Source: Pseudomonas sp. | Lineage (GTDB): Bacteria; Pseudomonadota; Gammaproteobacteria; Pseudomonadales; Pseudomonadaceae | Direction: 5' to 3' | Assembly: GCF_049301935.1 (NCBI RefSeq) | Contig: NZ_JBAQLP010000112.1 | Span: 339 to 64,338, forward strand | Length of the DNA stretch: 64,000 nucleotides | Shown: piece by piece, positions 56,369 through 64,000 of the stretch | How the letters are laid out: each line of letters starts with the position of its first letter | How positions within the stretch are numbered: position 1 is the stretch's first letter | Notes under the pieces: generated by a model | What the model was told of the DNA's origin: nothing | Seen by the model: the letters and a program-made list of their open reading frames with translations, nothing else | The model's database searches: none | Translations under genes and position numbers: made by a program

Positions 56369-58048
56369 ATGGTTTCTGGAGCCACGTCGCTTAATCTGGT
56401 GCGCGATGAACTGTTCACCACCATGGAAGAGGCTGAGTCGAGCCTCGAACACTTTATCGCCGACCGGCACAACGGCAGCCTGCTGCAACAGGCCGTGGAA
56501 AGCCTGCATCAGGTGCGCGGTACGTTGAACCTGATTGAGCTGACCGGTGCCGAGTTGCTCGCTCAGGAAGTGCTGGATCAGGCCACCGATATTCCTGCCG
56601 GTGCCGGCGAAGAACGCGATGTCCAGCTTTCGGCCCTGAGCAACGCGTTGCACGTGCTGCGCCGCTATCTGGAAAACGTTGAAGCGCACCGCCAGGAAAT
56701 GCCGGAACTGCTGCTGCCGGCGATCAACGACCTGCGTCACGCCGGCAGTCAGCCGGCCTTGCCGGAAAGCTTCTTTTTCAGCGTGCGCCTCGACCACAGT
56801 CGCCCGCGTACCTCGCCACCTTCGGTGGATGGTGCGGCGCGAGAAAGTGAGGGGCGCCGTCTGCGCCATATGTATCAGGTAGGGCTGCTGGGTTTTATCC
56901 GTGAGCAGAATCCGCAGGCCAGTCTGAAGTTGATGGGCCGCGCGTTGGCCCGTCTCGACAGCCTATTTGCCAACGAGCCGCGCGGTCGTCTGTGCTGGGT
57001 GGGCGCGGCGGCTGTTGAGGCGCAGATCGACGGCCAATTGCTGGCGCGCAAGTCGCGCAAGCAGCTGTTCTCCCGGCTTGACCGCGAACTCAAGCAGATG
57101 CTTGCCAGCGGTCAATATGAAGCGCCACGCGGCCTGCTCAAGGAATTGCTCTATCTGGTGGCCCTGGCGGATAGCCGTGGGCCGCACGCGGCAGCCCTGA
57201 GTGACGTATTCGGTTTGACGCCATTGCCCTTTACCGATCATCTGCTGGAAGAGGAGTACCAGCGCCTGGCAGGCCCGGGTCAGGCGGTGATGCGTTCGTT
57301 GAGCTCGGCGATCCGTGAGGAGCTGACCAGCGTCAAGGACATGCTCGATCTGATCGAGCGCGGTACCCTGCAAAGCGAGAGTCTGAACAACCTGCATGCC
57401 CTGCTTGGCAAGCTGAGCAAGACCCTCGGCATGGTCGGCCTGAGTTCGGCCGGCAACTCGCTAAGCGCGCAACTGCCAACCGTTGCCAGCTGGAGCGAGG
57501 AGAGTGCGCCGCAACCGCAGGAACTGCATAAACTGGCCGATGCCGTGCTGTACGTCGAAGGCATGGTCGCCAGCCTGGAGCGTGGTGAACGCCGTGAAAC
57601 ACGGCCTGCTCAGGCGCAGCCGGGTGATGAGACTGATTCCTTTGCTCTGCATCAGCTTAACGAGGCGCGCATCGTCGTGGTCGATGAGGCCCAGGCCGGC
57701 CTGGCCCTGGCCAAACGGGCGATTACCGCGTACCTGGAGTCGGGCGGCGAGCGCATGCACCTGTCCAACGTGCCGTTCAGCCTGCAAGCTGTGCGCGGCG
57801 GCTTGTGGTTCCTTGGTCAGGAGCGTGCCGCACTGCTGGTCGGTGCCTGCGCCGCTTACATCCAGCAGCATATGTTCGATGCGCCGCAGATGCCGTCCGA
57901 GCAGATGCTGGAAACCCTCGCCGATGCCCTGAGCAGCCTTGAGTACTACCTTGAGGCCGGTGCGGTGCTGCGCCCGGAAACCCAGCCCAGCGTGCTCGAC
58001 CTTGCCGCAGACAGCGTGCGGGCCCTGGGCATGCCGCTGGAGGCTTGA
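56369..58048 (+). CDS. fimL: FimL-like protein (ChpA N-terminus-like, Hpt-type repeats)
   Basis: 559 aa. The N-terminus [25 protein letters not shown]...[23 protein letters not shown] and the position just upstream of nudC match my recollection of P. aeruginosa fimL. Confidence 0.65.
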   Translation: MVSGATSLNLVRDELFTTMEEAESSLEHFIADRHNGSLLQQAVESLHQVRGTLNLIELTGAELLAQEVLDQATDIPAGAGEERDVQLSALSNALHVLRRYLENVEAHRQEMPELLLPAINDLRHAGSQPALPESFFFSVRLDHSRPRTSPPSVDGAARESEGRRLRHMYQVGLLGFIREQNPQASLKLMGRALARLDSLFANEPRGRLCWVGAAAVEAQIDGQLLARKSRKQLFSRLDRELKQMLASGQYEAPRGLLKELLYLVALADSRGPHAAALSDVFGLTPLPFTDHLLEEEYQRLAGPGQAVMRSLSSAIREELTSVKDMLDLIERGTLQSESLNNLHALLGKLSKTLGMVGLSSAGNSLSAQLPTVASWSEESAPQPQELHKLADAVLYVEGMVASLERGERRETRPAQAQPGDETDSFALHQLNEARIVVVDEAQAGLALAKRAITAYLESGGERMHLSNVPFSLQAVRGGLWFLGQERAALLVGACAAYIQQHMFDAPQMPSEQMLETLADALSSLEYYLEAGAVLRPETQPSVLDLAADSVRALGMPLEA

Positions 58049-58050
58049 GC

Positions 58051-58878
58051 ATGCAGCGCTGGCAACCCACTGTGCTCGACAGTCAGCAACCCGGTGGCTG
58101 GGTGGTTGCGCATTGCAAGCAGCACTTTCTGGCGGACAGCAACGGTGTGCTGTTCCCCCGTGAGTGGCTAAAAAAGCAGGACCTGCCGATCATCGCCGAG
58201 CATGGCCTGGGTCATTTTGATGGCGATGCGGTCTACCTGCTGGAGTTGAGTCAGCCCTTCGACATGCCCGGCTGTGCCTGGCAGAGCCTGCGCCAATTTA
58301 TGCTGCAGGGTGATGCCGACACCTTCAAGTTACTCAGCTATGCCACACAGATTGGCACCTGGGCCAGCCAGCACCGCTTCTGCGGCAGCTGCGGTGGGGC
58401 GATGCAGCATGTTGCGGGGGAGCGCGCCATGCACTGCGTGCGCTGCGAGCTGCAGCATTACCCCAGGCTTTCACCGAGCATGATCGTGCTGGTCACCCGC
58501 GGCGATGAGATTCTTCTGGCGCGCTCGCCACGCTTTGTTTCCGGGGTCTACAGCACCCTGGCCGGCTTCGTTGAAGCGGGCGAATCGGTGGAGCACTGCG
58601 TGGCCCGTGAAGTGCGCGAAGAGGTCGGGGTTGAGATCAGCAACCTGCAGTACCTCGGCAGTCAGGGCTGGCCGTTCCCGCATTCGCTGATGCTGGGTTT
58701 CCATGCCGAGTACGCCGGTGGCGATATCGTTCTGCAGGTCGACGAAATCGAGGATGCCCAGTGGTTCAGCGTGCATGACCTGCCGCCATTGCCGGCTTCG
58801 CGTTCGATAGCGCGTTATTTGATCGACGCCTATGTGGCGCGCCGCCTAGGCCAGCCCGAACCAGTGCTGCCAGGCTAG
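58051..58878 (+). CDS. nudC: NAD(+) diphosphatase (NADH pyrophosphatase) NudC
   Basis: 275 aa from MQRWQPTV, with a GGAGG SD 7 nt upstream. Zn ribbon CGSCGG...CVRC and Nudix box [23 protein letters not shown]. Confidence 0.92.
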   Translation: MQRWQPTVLDSQQPGGWVVAHCKQHFLADSNGVLFPREWLKKQDLPIIAEHGLGHFDGDAVYLLELSQPFDMPGCAWQSLRQFMLQGDADTFKLLSYATQIGTWASQHRFCGSCGGAMQHVAGERAMHCVRCELQHYPRLSPSMIVLVTRGDEILLARSPRFVSGVYSTLAGFVEAGESVEHCVAREVREEVGVEISNLQYLGSQGWPFPHSLMLGFHAEYAGGDIVLQVDEIEDAQWFSVHDLPPLPASRSIARYLIDAYVARRLGQPEPVLPG

Positions 58879-59631
58879 GCGCACGGTCAACGCCAGTACC
58901 ACCAGGATAAATACCGGGCGGATAAACTTCGAGCCGCCCTTGATAGCCGTGCGTGCGCCGAGAAACGCCCCGACCATCAGTGCCAAGCCCATGCAGATGC
59001 CCAGCAGCCAGGCCACTTGCCCGCTGATGATAAATACGCTGAGAGCGCAGATATTGCTGACGAAGTTCATGCTGCGGGCCACGCCGCTGGCCTTGACCAG
59101 GTCGAGCGGGTAAAGCAATAGGCTGCTGACCGTCCAGAAAGCGCCAGTGCCTGGGCCCGCCACGCCATCATAGAAACCCAGGCTGAGGCTCTGTGGCCAC
59201 TGCCGGCCCTTGGCCATCGGCGCTTCGGCGAGCAGCGGCGCGGCCGGGGTTTTGCCGAACAGCAGGTACAGGCCGCAGGCAAACACCACCGCAGGTAACA
59301 GCTGGTTCAACCACTCAGACGGCAGCCATTGCGCCATGGCGGCGCCGAGCAGGGCGCCGAGCGCCGTACCGATCAGCGCATTGCGCCATTGGCTGGGGCT
59401 GAACAGTTTGCGCCGGTAGAAGGTGTAGCTGGCGGCGGCCGAGCCGAAGCTGGCGCAGAGTTTATTGGTGCCCAGGGCCAGGTGCGGCGGCAGGCCCGCA
59501 GTCAGCAGCGCAGGAATGGTCAGCAAGCCGCCACCGCCAGCAATTGCATCGATAAAGCCGGCAATAAACGCGACCAAAGCGAGAATCGCCAGGGTGGTCA
59601 GGTCAACACTGAGTTCAAACGGGAAAGCCAT
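58846..59631 (-). CDS. TauE/SafE (TSUP) family anion permease
   Basis: 261 aa, polytopic, with [19 protein letters not shown]. The 3' end overlaps nudC by 33 nt. Confidence 0.9.
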   Translation of the reverse strand: MAFPFELSVDLTTLAILALVAFIAGFIDAIAGGGGLLTIPALLTAGLPPHLALGTNKLCASFGSAAASYTFYRRKLFSPSQWRNALIGTALGALLGAAMAQWLPSEWLNQLLPAVVFACGLYLLFGKTPAAPLLAEAPMAKGRQWPQSLSLGFYDGVAGPGTGAFWTVSSLLLYPLDLVKASGVARSMNFVSNICALSVFIISGQVAWLLGICMGLALMVGAFLGARTAIKGGSKFIRPVFILVVLALTVRLAWQHWFGLA

Positions 59632-59733
59632 TTAAAAACACGTCCTGTGTCTAATTGTGCTGTTCTCTTGCTGTTCGCCAGCCAGGTAGCTGCGCATAAT
59701 GCCGGCAATTTCAGGCATAAGGAATGCGCGGCG

Positions 59734-60381
59734 ATGCAATACGGCGGACTGGCATGGGCAACGGCATTGCTGGGGTTACTGGCGGCCTTTGTTGCGGCGC
59801 GCATCCTGTTTAATCGGCAGTGGTTTCTTGGTTGGCTGCGCGGCACCTGTGGCCTGGCATTTCTCGCCCTGGCGGCGCTGATTGGCCTGCTGGCCAACGA
59901 TTTGCGCAGCTATGCGCCGATTCCTCAAGGTAAGCCGCTGGCCACGCTGAGCTTCAAGGCGGACGGCCCGCTGTATCGAGTCAGCGTGCTGGAGGGCGGT
60001 CGTGAGCGTACGCTGACCATGGAGGGCGATCTCTGGCAGCTGGATGCGCGGTTCCTGCAGTGGAAGGGCCTGGCGGCGTTGATCGGCCTACAACCGGGTT
60101 ATCGCCTGGAAAAACTCTCGGGGCGTTTCCTCTCGATCGAGCAGCAAAGTCTGGCGCAGCACACCCGTGTCGAACTGGCGCGCAGCCCTTACGGCATCGA
60201 TCTGTGGCGCTGGCTGCGATTGGGTCAGCATGACCTGTTGATCTTCGATCCGCAGGCGCGCCGGGTGACCTACCTGCCGCTGGCCGATGAGGCGGTTTAC
60301 AGCATCAACCTGACACCGGCCGGTTTGCTCGCCGAGCCGATGAACCCGGCGGCCAAGCAGGCGCTAAAAGACTGGCAGTAG
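59734..60381 (+). CDS. hypothetical membrane-anchored protein
   Basis: 215 aa from MQYGGLAWATALLGLLAAFVAARI. Two N-terminal TM helices are followed by a soluble domain. AAGGAA lies 10 nt upstream. Confidence 0.6.
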   Translation: MQYGGLAWATALLGLLAAFVAARILFNRQWFLGWLRGTCGLAFLALAALIGLLANDLRSYAPIPQGKPLATLSFKADGPLYRVSVLEGGRERTLTMEGDLWQLDARFLQWKGLAALIGLQPGYRLEKLSGRFLSIEQQSLAQHTRVELARSPYGIDLWRWLRLGQHDLLIFDPQARRVTYLPLADEAVYSINLTPAGLLAEPMNPAAKQALKDWQ

Positions 60382-60643
60382 ATTGCAGGCCGTCAAGCGT
60401 GGTGCGGCTGCGGCAAAAGGACTGCTGGCTGGTTTACGCTCAAGCATCGATTGCTGGATTGATCGCGAGAGAAACGGCCAGGCTTTGCAACGTCAACCAG
60501 GACCCTGGATGGCGCATTTGCAGGCTGGCGCTGCATGCTTGAGCGCTATACAACGCCGATTCAGCCAGAATTTTGCCTGCAGAAGGCTACGGATATATAG
60601 CCTGGAAAGGACCGCGCAATGCGGCCGTTTGGCACCGGCGTTA

Positions 60644-61183
60644 TTACAGCGGACGGACGCGAATCAGCAGGCCCAAGCTGCCATTGTCAACAAAGGTCAA
60701 CTCGCCGCTGGTCAGGCGACTGCTCTGCTTGATGCGCTCGCTGTCAGTCAGGGTGCCGCTGGCGTCGAGCTGATTGACCCAGACGTCGCTGTCCAGTTCG
60801 ATCACGCGACCGGCCTTGAGGCTGATGGTGCCTTCGACGGGGTAGTGGCCGAACTGCTCATCGCCGGTGCTGATGGCGACGCGACTGCTCGATTCGCCTA
60901 GGCTCTGCGACCAAGCCTTGTGCAGCAACACCTGATAACCGCTGGATGGGCTGAGTTTGCCGGCTTCGGCATTCAGTGCGGTGCTGCGGCTGTTGCTGCC
61001 ATCCACCGGCAGCGCGTTCTGCGCCCAGTTGTCGGGCGGCAGCTGGCCGGCGGAAATCGGCGTGGCGGCCTGGCGGAATACGATGACTTCAACTTCATAG
61101 AGGCTTTCAGCCAGGGCGGCGGTACTGCTGAGCAGGCTCACCAAGATTAGCGGCAGCAGGGCCAGGGTGCGGAGTGCGCGCAT
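60644..61183 (-). CDS. csiV: CsiV family periplasmic protein
   Basis: 179 aa with a signal peptide followed by LYEVEVIVFRQ, typical of CsiV-family proteins. It lies adjacent to mfd. Confidence 0.72.
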   Translation of the reverse strand: MRALRTLALLPLILVSLLSSTAALAESLYEVEVIVFRQAATPISAGQLPPDNWAQNALPVDGSNSRSTALNAEAGKLSPSSGYQVLLHKAWSQSLGESSSRVAISTGDEQFGHYPVEGTISLKAGRVIELDSDVWVNQLDASGTLTDSERIKQSSRLTSGELTFVDNGSLGLLIRVRPL

Positions 61184-61194
61184 GGGTCAGTCCT

Positions 61195-64000
61195 TTAGGT
61201 AGAGGGAGTCAGGCGCTCGAACAGCGCCTCTAAGGTATGGAAGCGTTCTTCCGGGCGCTCCATGGGCACCTGGATTTTAAACATGGTCGCGCCTTCGAAC
61301 TTGTAACGGTTCGGCGCGCTCTGGATCAGCTTGATCAGGGTGAGTGGATCGACACAGGTGTCGGCGGCGAATTCGATACGGCCGCCTTGCGGGCCGGCAT
61401 CGACCTTCTTGATCCCGAGCTTCTCCGCCTGCAATTTCAGCAGGGTCATACGCACCAGGTTCTTGGTCGGCTCGGGCAGCAGGCCGAAGCGGTCGATCAT
61501 CTCCACTTGCAGCTCTTTCAGGCCATCCTCGTCGGCGGCGTTGGCGATGCGCTTGTAGAGGATCAGGCGGGTGTGCACGTCGGGCAGATAGTCCTCGGGG
61601 ATCAGCGCCGGCACCCGCAGGTTGATTTCCGGGCCGCCGCCAAGCGGCTGGTCGAGGTTGGGTTGCTCGCCCTTGCGGATGGATTTCACCGCGCGTTCGA
61701 GCATTTCCATATAGAGGGTGAAGCCCACCGCCTGGATCTGTCCGCTCTGACCATCGCCGAGCAGCTCGCCGGCACCACGGATTTCCAGGTCATGGGTGGC
61801 CAGCAGAAAGCCGGCGCCGAGGTCCTGGGCGCCGGAGATGGCTTCCAGGCGCTTCTGCGCATCATCGGTCATCTGCTTGCGTGGCGGGGTCAGCAGGTAG
61901 GCGTAAGCCTGGTGGTGGCTACGGCCGACGCGGCCGCGCAGCTGATGCAGCTGCGCCAGGCCGAACTTGTCGGCGCGTTCGATGATGATGGTGTTGGCGC
62001 TGGGTACGTCGATGCCGGTTTCGATGATGGTCGAGGCGATCAGCACGTTGAAGCGCTTGTGATAGAAGTCGCCCATCACCTGCTCCAGCTCGCGCTCGCG
62101 CATCTGCCCGTGGCCGATGCCGATGCGTGCCTCGGGCACCAGTTCGGCGAGGTCGGCGGCGCATTTCTCGATGGTTTTTACATCGTTGTGCAGGTAGTAC
62201 ACCTGGCCGCCGCGCAGCAGTTCGCGCAGCAGCGCTTCCTTGATGGTCGGGTTGTTCTGCTCCATGACGAAGGTGCGCACCGACAGGCGGCGCGCCGGCG
62301 GCGTGGCGATGATCGACAGGTCGCGCATGCCGGCCACGGCCATGTTCAGGGTGCGCGGAATCGGCGTGGCAGTCAGGGTGAGGATGTCGACTTCGCTGCG
62401 CAGGGTTTTCAGCTGCTCCTTCTGGCGTACGCCGAAACGGTGCTCTTCGTCGATGATCACCAGGCCCAGGTTGTTGAACTTGACGTCGTCCTGCAGCAGC
62501 TTGTGGGTGCCGATCACGATATCCACCTTGCCCTCGGCCAGTTGCTGCATGGCCTCGCTGACTTCGCGGGCCGACTTGAAGCGGCTCATCACTTCTACTT
62601 TTACCGGCCAATCGGCGAAGCGGTCGCGGAAGCTGTTGTAGTGCTGCTGGGCGAGCAAGGTGGTCGGCACCAGTACCGCCACCTGCTTGCCGCCATGCAC
62701 GGCGATAAAGGCGGCGCGCATCGCCACTTCGGTCTTGCCGAAGCCGACATCGCCGCAGACCAGGCGATCCATCGGCTTCGCCGTGAGCATGTCGTTATAC
62801 ACAGCTTCGATGGCGGCTTGCTGGTCCGGGGTTTCCTCGAAGGGGAAACCGGCGCTGAAGGTGGCGTAATCGGCCTTGGGGTCAGCAAAGGCGTAGCCTT
62901 CGCGGGCGGCACGGCGGGCATAGATATCGAGCAGTTCGGCGGCAACATCGCGTACCTGTTCGGCGGCCTTGCGCTTGGCCTTCTGCCAGATTTCCGAGCC
63001 CAAGCGGTGCAGCGGTGCCAGGGCGTCGTCGCTGCCGGTGTAGCGCGCGATCAGGTGCAGGCTGGCCACCGGCACGTAGAGCTTGGCTTCCTCGGCGTAC
63101 ATCAGGGCGAGGAACTCGGCGGCCTGGCCGTCGAACTCCATGGTCACCAGGCCCAGGTAGCGGCCGACGCCATGGTCGATATGCACCACCGGCGCCCCTT
63201 CACGCAGCTCGGTAAGGTTCTTGATGACGTTGTCGCCGCCATCGCGGGACTTCTCGCGGCGCCGGCGCTGCATAACGCGCTGGCCGAACAGCGGGCTTTC
63301 CGCCACCAGGGCCAGGTCTTCGAGCAGCAGGCCGTCATCCAGCGGCGCGATGCAGATGCCCAAGCGCTCATTGCTGGTGGTAAAGGCTGGCCAGCTGTCG
63401 AATTCATTGGGCTTGAGCTTGAGGCGCGCGAGCAGCTCCAGCAGCACCTCGCGCCGCCCGGCGGATTCGGCGCAGAACAACACGCGACCGGGGTATTCCT
63501 CGATAAAGCGCCGCAGCGCGGCCAGCGGCTCACCGGCTTTGGCCTGAATCGCCAGGTCGGGCAGTGCTTTGGCATTGAAGCGCAGGCGGCCGACGCCTTC
63601 CTCGATATCGTCCTGGCTGACCACCACGCGCGGCCAGTTTTTCAGGCGGGCGAAGCAGTCTTCCACCGGCAGAAAGATATCGGCGGGCGGCAGCAGCGGG
63701 CGTTCCGGGTCTACCCGACGTTCTTCATAGCGGCTGCGCGCATCGGTCCAGAAATGTTCGGCGGCTTTCTCGATACCCGGCAGGGAAAACACCTGGGTGT
63801 CGGCAGGCAAATAGTCGAAGAGGGTCGCGGTTTCCTCGAAGAACAGCGGCAGGTAGTACTCGATACCGGCCGGGGTGATGCCGGTGCTGAGGTCCTGGTA
63901 GATCGGGCAGCGGCGGAAATCCACGTCGAAGCGCTCGCGAAAGCGCCCGCGAAAATCGCTGACGGCCTTCTTCTCCAGCGGGAACTCGCGCGCCGGCAGC
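61195..64000 (-). CDS. mfd: transcription-repair coupling factor Mfd (5' end lies beyond the window)
   Basis: The frame stays open to position 64000. Walker A GDVGFGKTEVAMRAAF, DEEHRFGV box, and a TRG/helicase C-terminus. About 934 of about 1150 codons are present. Confidence 0.95.
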   Translation of the reverse strand, partial: LPAREFPLEKKAVSDFRGRFRERFDVDFRRCPIYQDLSTGITPAGIEYYLPLFFEETATLFDYLPADTQVFSLPGIEKAAEHFWTDARSRYEERRVDPERPLLPPADIFLPVEDCFARLKNWPRVVVSQDDIEEGVGRLRFNAKALPDLAIQAKAGEPLAALRRFIEEYPGRVLFCAESAGRREVLLELLARLKLKPNEFDSWPAFTTSNERLGICIAPLDDGLLLEDLALVAESPLFGQRVMQRRRREKSRDGGDNVIKNLTELREGAPVVHIDHGVGRYLGLVTMEFDGQAAEFLALMYAEEAKLYVPVASLHLIARYTGSDDALAPLHRLGSEIWQKAKRKAAEQVRDVAAELLDIYARRAAREGYAFADPKADYATFSAGFPFEETPDQQAAIEAVYNDMLTAKPMDRLVCGDVGFGKTEVAMRAAFIAVHGGKQVAVLVPTTLLAQQHYNSFRDRFADWPVKVEVMSRFKSAREVSEAMQQLAEGKVDIVIGTHKLLQDDVKFNNLGLVIIDEEHRFGVRQKEQLKTLRSEVDILTLTATPIPRTLNMAVAGMRDLSIIATPPARRLSVRTFVMEQNNPTIKEALLRELLRGGQVYYLHNDVKTIEKCAADLAELVPEARIGIGHGQMRERELEQVMGDFYHKRFNVLIASTIIETGIDVPSANTIIIERADKFGLAQLHQLRGRVGRSHHQAYAYLLTPPRKQMTDDAQKRLEAISGAQDLGAGFLLATHDLEIRGAGELLGDGQSGQIQAVGFTLYMEMLERAVKSIRKGEQPNLDQPLGGGPEINLRVPALIPEDYLPDVHTRLILYKRIANAADEDGLKELQVEMIDRFGLLPEPTKNLVRMTLLKLQAEKLGIKKVDAGPQGGRIEFAADTCVDPLTLIKLIQSAPNRYKFEGATMFKIQVPMERPEERFHTLEALFERLTPST

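Noticed and set aside
58846-58878. A 33-nt overlap of the convergent 3' ends of nudC and the TauE/SafE gene. cysG and the TrpD2 gene likewise overlap by 16 nt at 23435-23450.
   Set aside because: Convergent terminal overlaps are common in compact high-GC genomes. They may reflect slightly extended stop positions, and nothing else is unusual at either site.
60630-60644. A sigma54-like element, TGGCAC-N5-TTAT.
   Set aside because: The -12 element lacks the essential GC dinucleotide (TTGC). The site also points into the 3' end of csiV, with no downstream gene to drive.

Overview
This is a dense, high-GC (by eye about 60-65 %) gammaproteobacterial chromosome segment. Its proteins and gene order match a Pseudomonas core genome. 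I call about 58 intact protein genes, one frameshifted gene, one gene cut by the window edge (mfd), about ten intrinsic terminators and a few candidate operator sites. From left to right the window holds: a roxA-like oxygenase / GNAT / unknown / mini-secretin operon; purB; a broken EamA transporter; hflD-mnmA-NUDIX; icd; the block cspD-clpS-clpA-infA-bpt-aat-trxB-ftsK-lolA-rarA-crcB-serS; cysG; a tusD-tusC-tusB-tusE-TrpD2 operon; fabI; yejF-yejE-yejB plus two yejA-like binding proteins; an HDOD-GAF protein; mltD; gloB; a methyltransferase; and rnhA-dnaQ. Next comes a ~12.5-kb lysine/2-aminoadipate block (amaB, LysR, class III aminotransferase, DUF1338/hglS, basic amino-acid ABC importer, Lrp, a TPP enzyme, a saccharopine-DH-family enzyme) that abuts ldcA. 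The window ends with an enoyl-CoA hydratase, fimL, nudC, a TauE/SafE permease, a small membrane protein, csiV and the 3' ~2.8 kb of mfd. I found no rRNA, tRNA, CRISPR array, transposase, integrase, phage gene or recognisable defence gene. The largest non-coding gap is ~320 bp, so there is no room for a hidden accessory island, and I do not claim a new system. The items most worth a second look are the lysine block with its unassigned TPP-enzyme / LysDH-like pair, the orphan mini-secretin operon, the TrpD2 gene chained to the Tus sulfur relay, a single-base frameshift in the EamA gene, and several unexplained dyads and inverted repeats in intergenic DNA. Many long ORFs in the supplied track are antisense shadows, which is typical of high-GC DNA. 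Stop coordinates are firm. Start codons were chosen from the expected N-termini, Shine-Dalgarno (SD) spacing and gene junctions, and are less certain. Family assignments rest on motifs and my memory of the families, not on database searches.
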